A stretch of 64,000 nt of DNA from Octopus vulgaris (GCA_951406725.2 OX597823.1:57412001-57476000), one strand, 5' to 3'. Counted from the first letter of the stretch, positions 36,529 through 50,575 are shown. Program-made: numbers and translations. The notes: a model not told the origin generated them from the letters alone.

Positions 36529-38042
36529 AACACACACACACATGCCTATAGCCTTACACACAGTCACCTATACTTGCGTTTATCTATTGTTAGTATGCGT
36601 GGTGAGCGTGTGTGTGTGTGTGAAATCACTCTCTTGACTAATTCCATTTTACTCGGACTCGTCTATAAATACATTATAGTATGTTTATATTTCATTATTA
36701 TATGAAAGGAAGGCATTTTTCACAAGTTTATGTTCTATGATTTCCGATATAACTACACATTCACAGTTCATTTAACATCTGTAAACAAATCTAACTCTAA
36801 GACACGCTCAAACAGACACCACGCATATATGTATATATATGTGTATGTATGTATGTATGTATGTATGTATGTATGTATGAATGTATGTATGTATGTATGC
36901 ATGTATGTATATATATATGTATATGCGTGTTGTATATGTATGGGTGTGAGAATATATATATCTAGCTAAGTGGATGTATATATATATATATATATATATA
37001 TACACGCACGTACGCACACACACAAGCACATATAGATAAGTGCACATATATGCATATGGATATATGTGAGTGCATATATTTATATACATATAGGTGTATA
37101 TATATTTACATATATATATGTACGTGTATATATATGTATATATATATATATATATATATACACGTATGTGTGTATGTAGGTATGTGTGTGTACGCCGTAC
37201 ACTGTCGTTGAGTTGACAATGCCCCGTAGGACCAAAGACATATAAATGCAGCTGGGCGGGGGTCATACTTGAGGAAATAAACGCAAGACGCACATACACT
37301 CACATACACATATATGCCTAAAACAGCACACTCATACACAATTATCCACACACAACCCACACACACACACACACACAGTCGCTCTGACATAAACATTGGT
37401 GACATGTGTATCTAAATATATGCATATCTACGTAAATGTGTTTAGAAATTTTTATGTATTTAATAAGTATAAGTGAATTTGTTTGTACACTCTAAATGTA
37501 AAATATATATAATATAATATGCATATATATATATATGGGTGTGTTTTTATTATGTATTATATACGTTCATATTGAGTTCACTGAAAAATCAGACTATTTC
37601 CGACTTTTTGTTTTCCTCGTGTTCCTGAATATCCTAACCAGGTTCTCATCTTCGCATTTATATCCTGAGGGCTCACACATAACGAGTACCTTTGAGAAAC
37701 CTGTTAGTGAATTGTCAAGTTCAAACGAATAAGCTACCAGTCAAACGATATATCTTAAATAATGGTATTTCTTTACATATTTAGTTAACCGGCTCACGCT
37801 GGCCAATATTCACATGGCTCAAAGTGGTTCACCAAATGTATATAACTGCGTATATTATTAAGGTGTAAGAAAGAATACCTTATCCTGATTTAAGGTGATG
37901 AAGAAATCATTTTTCCGCAACACATCTAAGAGATGATGAGAGTAGATTTGAGCAATTAGACACCGGATTTGCACAACTCTAGAAGTTCTACAAAAGGAGA
38001 CTGCTCTAATGACGACAGTTAAGCAACATCTCTGACCAGTGA

Positions 38043-38254
38043 TATTCTTTTCTACTCTAGGCACAAGGCTCGAAATTTTTGGGGCGGGGGCCAGTCGATT
38101 AGATCGACCCCAGTACGCAATTGGTACTTAATTTATCGACCCCGACAGAATAAAAGGCAAAGTCGATCAAAGTCGAGAATTTGGAACGTAAAGACAGACG
38201 AAATACCGCTAGACTTTTCGCCCGGCGTGCAAACGTTTCAGCCAGTTCGCCGCC
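38043..38254 (-). mobile_element. Family A SINE, near full-length
   Basis: Reverse complement of head (GCCAGTTCGCCGCC), core and tail. Confidence 0.85.
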
Positions 38255-38606
38255 TTTGTTAAGTGATATATTACTGGCTGCTGTGATATATGAATTTTTC
38301 CTTTAGACAATGTTTGCAGTTACGTTATCCGTAGAAGAGTGGGGTGTCACATATTTAACCACGTGACGATACTTTTTTAATGACAGCTAGTCTATTCTTA
38401 GTGTTTTGGAGACAGTTTCTTTTACCATATCTTGTCTAACAGATTTTTCATATAAGTTAACTCTGCGAACCCCGAGTTAGCATACAGTGAAGGGAATCCC
38501 GAATGGATTCCCAATAAATTTGATGTCTCTACATTTTGTGTGAGCATCTTGAGTACAATTTTGTCTGAGTATATGGTATGAATGCATATATATATATATA
38601 TATACA

Positions 38607-38644
<38 letters not shown>

Positions 38645-38785
38645 TACATATACATATATACGTATAGATATATACATATATATATATATTATATATATAT
38701 TATATATATATAAATATATGCATACATACATATATATATTTTTATATTTGTGTGTGCACATGTGTGTTTATGTGTGTGCATGTGG

Positions 38786-38826
<41 letters not shown>

Positions 38827-38978
38827 TGTGTGTGTGTGTAATAATCATACATTATGCTGTTTAAAGCCCGTTCACAGTATTTGGATGTCTAATGTCAACA
38901 ACAGTATGGATGTATACGCCACAGGATATATTTCAAGAATTCCTTTGTGTCTGGAGAATTTATAAAAAATGTGGGGGA

Positions 38979-39277
38979 AAAATGAATTCACGAGACTCTA
39001 TTTAGAACCACTACGATCGTTACGATTTGTCTTGCTCCAGTATCTTACAGATAAGTTGAGATGGCGTAGAAACATTGTCATGCATCTTAGGTGCAGATGC
39101 GCCCCCACGTGTGACTTTTCAACAGTATACTTTTAGAAAATTACCTGAGGAGACGCATCTGTAGTTACGATGCATGACAATTGTTTTATACAACATTTTA
39201 CCTGAAAGTTACTGCTGCATGGTGGATCGAAACGATCGTAGACGTTTCTGAATAGAGAGTCTCATGAATTCCATTTT
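38979..39277. repeat. Diverged ~300-bp palindrome
   Basis: Mirrored blocks ATGAATTCACGAGACTCT/AGAGTCTCATGAATTC, CTACGATCGTT/AACGATCGTAG, TTGTCATGCATC/GATGCATGACAA, CAGATGCG/CGCATCTG. Confidence 0.8.
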
Positions 39278-41531
39278 ATCTGTCTCATATTTTTATGAAT
39301 GCATATATATATGTGCATGTGTCCATATGCATATATACAAACGGATATAAGCGTGTACAAGTTTGCGTGTGTATGAGAGAGAAAGAGAGAGCGTGTGTGT
39401 GTGTACGTGTGTGTATGCGCTTGTGCATTCATGTGTGTGTGCGTGCGTGTTCGTGCACGCGCACGCGGATGTGTGAACTTAAATCTACGCACACATGCAC
39501 ACTCGTATAAGTACGGATGCACACACAATTCTGTGGTCATATACATGTAGACATATATATATATACATATATACACTCCCACATCTGTCGCCCCTTCCTA
39601 TTCCCCTTAAGCACACAATCGATTTCCTATTCACCATGCGGCATTTTTTTAGTAATTGTTGTCGCTAAAATACCAATATCAATCTGCAAAACTGCGTGAG
39701 CTTTCTCATCCAATCTCCGGCTAACGTCCAGTTATAAACATTGACCCTCCACAATCAAACTCTCATTCAGACTCCTAATGGCCGACGACTAGCGACACGC
39801 TTGAAACTCAAAGTATCAAGGGGTTTGAATCAAACAGTTTGATCTATATATGCATACATACATACATACATACATACATAAATACACACACACACATATA
39901 TATATATACATCTACACACACGCATACTTATATATGTGTCTGTGTGTGTGCATGTGTGTACGTAGCTATGTGCGTGTACGTTATATGTACATCTATATGT
40001 TGTATATATATATGTGTGTCTGTGTGTGTGTATGTATATATACCTATATAATTTAATTTACACAATTTAAAAAAGGAGCTGCTAATAGAAATACAATAAT
40101 TTAGCATATTTATATAACATGCCATGTGTCTCGCGCAATCTTTCAGTGCATACTGTTAAATTTATTCGAAAATCAGGACGCTGATCAATAAGAAAATATT
40201 GGAAGAAGCGGAAAGAAAAACACGAAGAAAGTTGAAGGAGAAGGAAAAAAAAAGAAAAGAAATGTAAGAACACCAAGATAATCCCCCCTTTGTCTCTCGA
40301 AATCATAATTAATCTAATTGGTGTAGAATAATATAACGGAAAGGAGGCCAAAATCTGCGAGCTATTCAATCCGGAGAGGATGGTGTACTAAAGTTCTACA
40401 AAGCAAACTTGTCCATGTGCTTGCATTTGCTAAAAATTTCGGATCTGGTAAATTTAGGCTTAAAATGAATGTGTGATCTTTCAATATTTTTATCTGTTCA
40501 GCAGCTTTAGAAGGTATAAAAAGGCAAAATCGACTCCAGTTGTGTTGGAACTCAGAATCACATACTATTAGGTAGTAAAACGATGGTCTTTACATTTTCT
40601 AACCAATTCGATGATAACGAAAATATTGGTGATTTCTGTATTCTACTATGAAAAGAGAAAACGATTGGCAAAAGTAGCAAAATAGACGAACACTACAATT
40701 GAATGCACTGCTAATATATTATTATAATGGAATAATATATTACTCTCTATCAAACATCTATAAAACTACAAACTAATCTATATCTCTGTAGTGCACAAAA
40801 TACATAGAAACTTACATACATGCATATAAATATAAATATATAAAGGCACAAGCGCACACACTCTCTCACACACAGGCACAGACACATACGTACACAAAAC
40901 AAATACACATATACTCACTTCGTTGAATATGAATTATACTGGAATGCGATAAGAAAGAGGGAAATGATATTAAAATAGTTTTTAAAAATAATGACAGCAG
41001 TAACAACATGTCTTGCACAAACGCTACTTGGGTTATTAGCGGAAGCCGGAAATGGTGGAAAAGAATAAATCAGAAAAAGGAGTTAGACTCATCTGGGAAA
41101 AGCGGTTTGGCAAAAAATGGTGCGAGGATTATTCCGTTACAAGTTGGAATGTATGAATTTGGAATGCCATAGGGACTCTTTTATATCATGGGAAAGGTAA
41201 AATGGAAAATCCTTGATTGCTTACATATTTTATACACAGCGCTGTATTTACCAGTTGTCTGTCACGTTTACGAACAAGAACACGCACGTATGTATATATA
41301 TATATGCGTGTTTCTTTTGGTATGTGCGTCAGTATATTTTTATGCACGCAAAGATAGTTATTCATAAAAATGCACACACGAACTCTTACAGGTATATATG
41401 CAGACAAACTGACTCAAAAATACACACACATAGAAGCACATTTGCGTTTATAATATAATCATATATATATATATATATACATACATACATATATGTATGC
41501 ATTTATATTTATATGCATACATGTGTATATA

Positions 41532-41575
<44 letters not shown>

Positions 41576-41867
41576 TATATATATATGTATACATACATAT
41601 ATATACATATGCATAAATATATAAATGAATATATAGACACACAGACATATATGTGTGTGTGTGTTTGTGTAAGTGTCTATAAATGTATATGCGTATGCAT
41701 ATGTGTGCATGCGTGCATGTAAATATGTATTTGCGCGGGCGTCTGTGTTTATAGGTATAAGAAATACTTTCCTATAAATTCCTTACTATAAAGATATGCT
41801 CATAAATCTTTGCAGACATGAAGCTAGGCAAACGTATACACACACACACACGTACACACACACACAT

Positions 41868-41900
<33 letters not shown>

Positions 41901-41947
41901 TATATATATATACATGTGTATATATGTATATATAGATATGTATATAC

Positions 41948-41983
<36 letters not shown>

Positions 41984-42020
41984 AAAGTCTGTCTATCTAT
42001 CTATCTATCTATACACACAT

Positions 42021-42101
<81 letters not shown>

Positions 42102-42105
42102 TATA

Positions 42106-42157
<52 letters not shown>

Positions 42158-42644
42158 CATATGCGTATGCGCATGCTTGTTGAATGTCATTCTTTCCAGA
42201 TTTACATCCATTGCATGAGATACAATTACTTATATACAACGTACACACACAGACACAATAAATCACGTACGCACATATACAAAAACAAATACATAGAAAC
42301 CTACATCGCTATAGATGTGCACTCGCATACAAACATTCATGCATCAGAATACGCATAAACGCTCAGAAATGTAATCTTATTAATGATAATAGCTATGGAA
42401 TTAGATTTAACCCCTCCTACTATGTCAATACTGTGTCTTGGTTTCAATTCGCGGTCACAGCTGTTTCACTGCTTATATATCAGAAATATCTGTGTATTAA
42501 GACTAAGCTATCTACTTCGAAATAGGTCTGTATGTAGCGTGTGAAATATAGTTTATTTTTCTTTTGTGACAGGATATATAGATATATGCATACACACAGG
42601 CATACATGTATGAATGCATTCTTACATACATACATGAATCCATA

Positions 42645-42812
42645 TAACAAGTTCAGGTTTATACCTGAAATTATTGGGTAACTGGGATATGTTACACATC
42701 ACCTAAACATCATTCTTGGAAAATTAGGCTTCTAAAAACCAGAATGGAAAAAACTGATTAGAATATAGACACAAGCCATGACTGGGACTGTAAAAACTGT
42801 AAAAAACAATCA
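42645..42812 (+). mobile_element. RLE-type non-LTR retrotransposon C-terminal fragment
   Basis: KFRFIPEIIG*LGYVTHHLNIILGKLGF*KPEWKKLIR..AMTGTVK, homologous to the copy at 62632 and to the R4-type P.IIGALG..GTV motif. Confidence 0.7.
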
Positions 42813-42821
42813 CATGGTATT

Positions 42822-42930
42822 AGTATAACGCTCGGGAAGTGAAAAAAAAGTCTTTAACGTTTCGAGCCTGCGCTCTTCCACAGAAAGAAACACAGAAAGA
42901 AACAAGGAGAGAAAAAGCAGAAAGTACAAA
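42822..42930 (-). mobile_element. HHR element family H2 fragment
   Basis: Minus strand 42851-42888: UCUUU CUGUGGA A GAGC-GCAG-GCUC GAAAC GUU|AAAGA. Confidence 0.75.
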
Positions 42931-43232
42931 AAATGTTTACGAAAAGTTCAAAAGCTTCAAAAGCTTCAGACGTCGTGGTATATTGGAGCGATTTTTCATC
43001 AACAGAGGAGTCCAGTGTATTCCATAGGCAGGAGAGGTGTTGCTGAAGTGTAGAAAATCCAGTAGAGAATCCGTAGAACTTCGTGGGCGTTCAGTTGAAT
43101 TGGATACTTAATTTGAGGCACCAACTCAGTCCGGTATTATCCGCACAGATCGAAGTAAGGTGAATAAAAGCAAATAAATAACAAGGATGTTAAGGTATTA
43201 ATGCATTACGGTCATGTTGCAAACCTATATTA

Positions 43233-43325
43233 TGCATCCGAAGATGGCGGTGTATTTCAAATATATGTAATGCTTGCATTGTTCGATTAAATATAGCCAT
43301 AGCCGCCTGAAACGGCCGTAATGTA
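43233..43325 (+). ncRNA. Type I hammerhead ribozyme motif (U4C variant) with long stem II insert
   Basis: UGCAU CCGAAGA U GGCGGU...GCCGCC U GAAAC GGCC GUA|AUGUA. Stem I 5 bp, stem II 6 bp, palindromic stem III ACGGCCGU. Confidence 0.75.
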
Positions 43326-43444
43326 ATAATACCTCGACATCCTTGTTACTTATCTGCTTATATATATATATATATATAGTGATGTATGCATGTATATATG
43401 TAAGTATGCATGTATACATGTATGCACGTAAGTATATATTTTAG

Positions 43445-43655
43445 TTTCAAATTTTGGTATAAGGCCAGCAATTTCGGGAGAGAGGGCATGTCGATAACCT
43501 GGACCCCAGTACTCAACTGGAACTTATCTTATCGATCCCCGAAAGAATGAAAAGCAAAGTCAACCAACCTAGTGGGGATTTGAACTCAGAGCGTAAAGAT
43601 GGGCGAAATGCCGCTAAGCATTTTACCCGGGGTGCTAACGATACTGCCAGCTTGC
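43445..43655 (-). mobile_element. Family A SINE
   Basis: Reverse complement of head (CTGCCAGCTTGC), B-box region (GATTTGAACTCAG) and core (TCGATCCCCGAAAGAATGAAAAGC). Confidence 0.85.
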
Positions 43656-44375
43656 GGAGGTCGTAAGTATATATATTGATGAATGTTATCATGCATGTAT
43701 GTATGTATGTATGTATGTATGTATGTATGTATGTATGTATGTATGCATGCATTTATTTATATATGTATGTATGCATTTATTTATGTATGTATGTATGTAT
43801 ATATATGTGTGTGTGTGTATGTATGCTCATGTACATGCTTGTATATAGGAATATATGTGCGTATGTGCGTACGAATGTGCGTCTACACGGACACATACAC
43901 ACCACACATACACACATACCACACCCGCGCAGACACACACACACGCACGGACACGCACACAAACAGAATTACACTTACTACGGAAAGCAAACATAACAGA
44001 GCAGCAAACATAAGCTCTTCCTTTCATTATCCACAATAATCTTACAATTACTCCTATTAGAGTATATGATTGTCGATCTACTTCATCATCAAATATTTTT
44101 TTTTAAAAGTCTTTCTTCCCTCTGTGATCGGTAGAATAAAGTACAAGCATTCCGTGCGTTGCGACCTCAGGTCACGAGATTTCGCGTTTATGATAACTGT
44201 AACCTATGGGCACTAATTTCATGATACAGAATGTAATTTCAACACTTACGACTAAAATTTCACTACTTATAGAAGTTGCATTTTTAAAACGGGTTGAAAC
44301 GGGAGAAAAATATTAGCCGTATTGCTAAAGCATTAAAGTCTTCAGACTTTACATTGGTATAATTAAGTGACAAGT

Positions 44376-44698
44376 GAAGGCGCGTGGCTTAGTGGTTAGG
44401 GCATTCGGCTCACGACTGTAAGGTCGTGAGTTCGATTCCCGGCGACGCGTTGTGTCCTTGAGCAAGACACTTTATTTCATGTTGCTCCAGTCCACTCAGC
44501 TGGCAAAAATGAGTTGTACCTGTATTTCAAATGGCCGGCCTTGTCACACTCTGTGTCACGCTGAATCTCCCTGAGAACTACGTTAGGGGTACACGTGTCT
44601 GTGGATTGTTCAGTTATTTGCACGTTAATTTCACGAGTAGGCTGTTCCGTTGATCGTATCAGCTGGGACCCTCATCGTCGTAACCGACGGAGTGCTCC
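44376..44698 (+). mobile_element. Full-length family C tRNA-derived SINE
   Basis: A-box TGGCTTAGTGG, B-box GAGTTCGATTCCC, core GTGTCCTTGAGCAAGACACTT, 3' end CGTAACCGACGGAGTGC. Confidence 0.9.
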
Positions 44699-46130
44699 TT
44701 TTAATTTAGTGACGACAGGGAGATCATTAATCAAATTCTTAAAAAGGTTCTCTATTAACTGCTTGGAAACATTGTTTTTATACAAGTAATGCGATGTCCA
44801 AAATGTAATGGTTCTTGAGTGTTTCAATTGGTGTGCATACTCAAAATGATGAACGATGAAGCACGATGATAATTCTTAAAATAAAGCACCTAAATAAAGA
44901 CAATCCTTCGCTCTGAACGGGTATTTGTTTTCTATTGGCCCCGAAACGATTAAAGACAATGTTAGCGTTGAATGGGATTGAACTCAAAGCACAAGAACCG
45001 CAACAAATGCCACAATGTATTTAATGTATTATATTCAGCGATCTAGCTACTCATCCACTTCAATGGTGCACACACACACACACACACATACACACGCACG
45101 CACACGGACACACAACCACATACACACACAGGCACATACATATACACACATACACACGCACACACATATACATACATATACAGAGTGTACGTGTATGTGT
45201 GTTTGCGTGTGTATGCGCGCATGCGTTGATGTGTGTCGAATGTAACTTATAAGAGAATTATCTATTTTTTTTTCAAAACATTCAGTTTTGAAAAATCAAT
45301 AGGGATGTAGTTTCTACAATCAAATGTACTTAGGAAGAGGTCGATATCTCCTATGGAAGAATTTGAAACATCCATTTACTCTTTAGCCACTTAGGATATC
45401 TTTCTACACATGGCTTACTTTGGACAATGCTTCCACAATCTATTTTCTTTATGAATTCGAATGTATCTGCAGATCTGATTAGTTTTGAAACGCTTATTCC
45501 ATCCATGTAAATATTGTTGACAAAGCCACATTAAGGCAAGAAGACGTAGCCGATCAATTTCACAACACCGTATTGATCTTTGATAGAACATCAGAGATAT
45601 TGATCAAAGAAATGTTCGACGCTAAAGTCTATAGCATAAAGTATCCAGTTCTATTTCTTATTGTTCGTGTCACATCAACTGTTTTCCAAATCCGCATTAA
45701 TAAGATATTGTAGTTCTTATTGTTTAGCGCTCCATTTTTTCACCTACACTTATAGTGTGTTTAGGACTGCCTTATCCCAATGTGCTCCTCTCCATTTTTC
45801 AGGCAGTTTGACTCCGGTGACAGGAGGGAAATATGGAGCTGATATTTCTCGAAGAAAGAATTTACTACGTTGAAGCGTCACAGAGAAGTGGGTTAACTGA
45901 GTCGGTGGAGCACTGAAATAAGATCTTTAATGCATTTAGTTACGTTCGTTTTTCGTCCGGGTTCAAATCACGCAGGAATTGATTTTGTTTAACACCGTGA
46001 CAGGCCTATCAAAAGCATCGTGACATTTGCCTTTTGGACATAATGTACTAATCTCCATTTTTAATTGATATGTCTTGCAGAGTCGATGATAAGGTGGATG
46101 CTTAGCCGTTGATTCAATATCAAAAGTTTC

Positions 46131-46332
46131 GTGGCACTCCGTCGGTTGCGACGACGAGGATTCCAGTTGATCCGATCAACAGAACAGTTTGCTCGTGAAA
46201 TTAACGTGTAAGCAGCTGAGCACTCCACAGGCACGTGTGCCCTTAACAGAATGTGATAAAGCTGGCCCTTTGAAATACAGGTACAAACAGAAACAGGAAG
46301 AAAGAGTGAGAGAAAGTTGTGGTGAAAGAGTA
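46131..46332 (-). mobile_element. Family C SINE 3' part
   Basis: Reverse complement of 44520-44698 plus the AGAGTGAGAGAAAGTTGTGGTGAAAGAGTACA block shared with 47150-47180. Confidence 0.8.
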
Positions 46333-46945
46333 CATATATACATATATACATATATACGTATATACATATATACGTATATACATGTGTATGTGTGCGTGCG
46401 CGCCTGCGTATGTATGTGTGTATCTTTGTGTAAATGCTTGTCCCCCCACCACCGCTTGACAACCGGTGCTGGTGTATTTATGTCCCCGCAACTTAGCGGT
46501 TCAGCAACTTCGACACCTGTGCTCAACTAGTATATTATTTTGTCGACACGGTATGGATAAAAGGCAAAATCGCTTCCGATAAAAAAATTAACTCAAAATC
46601 TATAAGCGTGTAATTAAATACCACAATGTATAATCGTGGACAAAATTTAGTTATGTATCTTAACGTTCGGAGTTCAAATCCAATCGAAGCTGCAAAAAAA
46701 CTAACCATTCGAAAATTGCGGTTGATTCAAACAACCCCATCTCAAGGGCGAGTTCTGACGGTAGTTTCTTTAGGCTGGATATCTCCAACCACTATGCTGT
46801 GGATCAGTACAGAGCCATGAATCATTTGGTATCGAGCCGTACAGAAAGAATAAATTAAACAATTTTATTTCAATTTTATTGACTTTCGGTCTGCAAAATG
46901 TTTTTGTATTATATTCGAATTATAAATGCAATATATATGTAGTTG

Positions 46946-47275
46946 TTGGCACTCCGTCAATAACGACGTCAAGGGTTCCTGTTGATCCGATCAACGGAAC
47001 AGCCTGATCGTGAAATTAAAAGTGCAAGTGGCTGAGCACCCCACAGACACGTGTACCCTTAACGTAGTTCTCGGGGAGATTCAGCGTGACACGAAGTGTG
47101 ACAAGGTTGGCCTTTTGAAATACAAGTACAGCAGAAGCAGAAAGAAAGAGTGAGAGAAAGTTGTGGTGAAAGAGTACAGCAAGGTTGGCAAAATGCTTGC
47201 TTAGAGGTATTTCGTCCATTTCTAAATTCAAATTCTGCCTAGGTCAACCTTGTCTTTCATCGTTTGGGGGATGAA
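46946..47275. mobile_element. Family C SINE 3' part (minus, 46946-47180) abutting a family A fragment (plus, 47180-47275)
   Basis: GGCACTCCGTC..TTGATCCGATCAACGGAACAGCC..GGAGATTCAGCGTGACAC, then GGTATTTCGTCC..TTCAAATTCTGCC. Confidence 0.8.
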
Positions 47276-47357
47276 TACTTAACGCCTTCCTCCAAACTAC
47301 CAAAATTTTAAACCAATATATGTATATATATATATAATATATATATATATATATAAA

Positions 47358-47558
47358 GTTAATCCAAACAAGAAAACAAAAAGACAACAACGCGAGGATG
47401 TGGAACAAATAAAGTATTATTGGACGCTCAGGAAAGAAGGGAAGAAGGAGGTTATGACGTTTCGAGCGGAGCTCTTCGTCGGAAACATAGGAGAAAGAAA
47501 GATCCCGAGGTTGGAGGACAGAGGGAAAAAAAATGCAAGTGGTCTTCACGAGGTCACA
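47358..47558 (-). mobile_element. HHR element family H1
   Basis: Minus strand 47451-47486: GUUU CCGACGA A GAGC-UCC-GCUC GAAAC GUC|AUAAC; flanked by (TA)n and (TACA)n. Confidence 0.8.
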
Positions 47559-47578
47559 TATATACATACATACATTCA

Positions 47579-47609
<31 letters not shown>

Positions 47610-47610
47610 A

Positions 47611-47699
<89 letters not shown>

Positions 47700-47813
47700 T
47701 AGGTGAATGAATTATCCTATGTTTATCGTCAGCATGGAAAATTCGAGAGTAAAGGAATTTTGTGTCGAGAGTAAAGGAATTTTGTTAACATCTTCGTTCG
47801 ACTCCATTCTTTC

Positions 47814-47883
<70 letters not shown>

Positions 47884-47897
47884 ATCTGTGTGTGTGT

Positions 47898-48210
47898 GAA
47901 GGCTCACGATCATGAGATAGTGAGTTCGAATCCCGGACCGAGCTGTGTGTTGTGTTCTTGAGCGAGACTCTATTTCACGTTGTTCTAGTTCACTCAGCTG
48001 TAGAAATGAATTGCGATATCACTGGTGCCAAGCTATATATGTCTTTGCCTTTCCCTTCGACAACATGAGTGGCACGGGGAGAGGAAGCTGGTAGGCATGG
48101 CCGACTGCTATTCTTCCATAATCAAACCTTACACGGACTTGTGTCTCAGAGGAGGACTTTCTAGGTGCAATGCTGTGGTCATTCATGACTGAAGGGCGTC
48201 TTTACCCATT
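47898..48210 (+). mobile_element. Family C-related SINE, head partly deleted
   Basis: GAAGGCTCACGATCATGAGATAGTGAGTTCGAATCCCGG..GTGTTCTTGAGCGAGAC. Confidence 0.72.
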
Positions 48211-48258
48211 ATATGCTATAATTAAGCTATATATTATGTACTTTATTGTTTTGTTATA

Positions 48259-49071
48259 CAGGCTGTCCCAAAAATCACTGGTGGCTTTCAAATTTTAATA
48301 ACTTCCTTAACTTTACAAATAAATGCATGAAATTTTGATACAATATAAATGATATAATGGCAATTAATACGCAGAAGTTAAATTTTGAAACACTACTACA
48401 TCACATATGAAAAATGATATCGCTTAAATAGTAGGCATTTTCGGCTTCGCATGCCTGTGCTCTTTGCAAAACTTGCACCATAACACCCTCAAGAGTTTCA
48501 AACCCCACTTCTCTGATTTCTCTATTGATGTTCTCCTTCAGTTGCTCCGGTTTGTTGACGAAAACACTCTCTTTCACGTACACTTACAAGAAAAATCCGG
48601 GCTAGTCAAGTCTGGGGAACATGAAAGCCAGTTGACATTGCCGTAGCAATTGCATTGTTTCTTTTGCAGTATGAGCAGTTGCCCCCATCTTGTATGAGGT
48701 CTACTTTGAATGGCTGGACGCAGAAAATCCTGAATCATGGATAACTGAAAGAGAGTGTTTTCGTCAACAAACCGGAGACCCTGGTGCAACTGAAGGAGAG
48801 CATCAATGAAGAAATCTGGAAGTGGGGCCTGTAAATCTTGACGGTGTTAGGGTGCAAATTTTGGATAAGGTACGGGCGTGCGAAGCCGAAAATGGCTGCT
48901 ATTTAAGCTATGCCATATTTCATATCTGATTTAGTGGTATTTCAAAATTTGATTTGTGCATATCAATTTCCATTATGTCTTTTATATTTCATCAAACTTT
49001 CATGCATTTATTTGTAACGTTAAGGAAGTTATTACAATTTGAAATCCATCAGTGGCTTTTGGGACAACCTG
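48259..49071. mobile_element. Mariner-like foldback element made of two head-to-head transposase 3' ends, TA-flanked
   Basis: TA-CAGGCTGTCCCAAAA...TTTTGGGACAACCTG-TA. Left arm (minus) reads GNVNWLSCSPDLTSPDF..YVKESVFVNKPEQLKENINREI..CEAENAYYLSDIIFH; right arm (plus) reads LKESVFVNKPETLVQLKESINEEI..CEAENGCYLSYAIFH. The WPP.SPDLT..DF motif marks DDxD (mariner/rosa-type) transposases. Confidence 0.88.
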
Positions 49072-49503
49072 TATTTTTTTTATTACGTTTCTATGGATTT
49101 CGAATTCAAATACGGTGGAGGTTCATTTCATGTTGCTCTTCCTTCTTCCGGGATCGACAAATAAACCACAAAAAAGTATTAGGAGTTCATTCTTCTTCCT
49201 CTCGTTCGTCTTTCAGTTTGTCTGTAATTCTGTATGTAGGTGGCAACATTAAGAAAAAAAAAATAAAGATTATAAAATGTCGGAAAAAATGGAGGAAAAA
49301 TAGAAAAGAAAGCAAATATATTTTACAAATGTATTAGTGAAAAGCTTGGAATTGTTGATGTTGCAAATTTTGCTGCTCGAGGGCATATACACACATAGAT
49401 ATATAGCTAAACACACACACACACATGATATATTTGGTATATGATATATATATAAATATACGTATATATATATGTATATAGTATATAAATATATGTAAGT
49501 ATG

Positions 49504-49549
<46 letters not shown>

Positions 49550-49833
49550 GTGTGCACATGAAAACTTATTTGTTTATGTGTTTGTATACATGTATGCTCA
49601 TATAAATATCTGAATGCCCAAACACATATAATCTCTCTATCTGTTTCTTCATTTCATCACACGCATTTGCTGCTTCTTCGAATATGTATGTTTACACACG
49701 CACACATGTATATGCAGCATAAACATACATATATATAAATGTATGTGTACATACATACACACACATATATAAATATATGAATGTATATATGGCTAAGCTT
49801 GCATATATGTGTATTAATTCGTGTTTAAATATA

Positions 49834-49884
<51 letters not shown>

Positions 49885-49950
49885 TATATATGTATATATA
49901 TATATATACATATATTTATATGTATATTTATATCTACATATTTTTACGTG

Positions 49951-49989
<39 letters not shown>

Positions 49990-50527
49990 GATAGACTTGA
50001 GTGTGTCTATAACTGCGCATAGGTAGACGGCTGTCCTCATATATATTTATTCAACAGTATAAGCAACAACTGCAAAAGCAACGAACAACACCAAAAACAA
50101 GACTTAATACTCGGATACATATAATCAACATGCTCATCCATGCGCATACCTCTCTGGATTCCACCAGGCCTCCAAGTGTTTTTTTCCGCCATATTGACAC
50201 TATCTCTCAGCTTTGATGCGCACACGTAAACACAAATTCACACTTGGTAGTCATACAGAGGTGAGAGTACTATGAAACACATAAACAAAACCACACATAA
50301 TTATACACAAATGCTGACACGTATATATGCTCACACGTATACATATACACATATAGATATGTAGACAAAGATGACAGACTCGTACACCGGCGCGAATCTA
50401 TACACAAATGAATAGAAATAATAGCATGACGAGTAAATTTTGCCTCTCAATCAGACACGCTCACACTTAAACACACATATTTCTAGTATTTATATACATA
50501 TAAACTCATAAACGAAAAGTGAAAAGT

Positions 50528-50575
<48 letters not shown>

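Noticed and set aside
44376-44450. Possible tRNA gene (also at 19336 and 22451)
   Set aside because: A and B boxes are present but there is no complete cloverleaf, and each continues into a shared SINE body.
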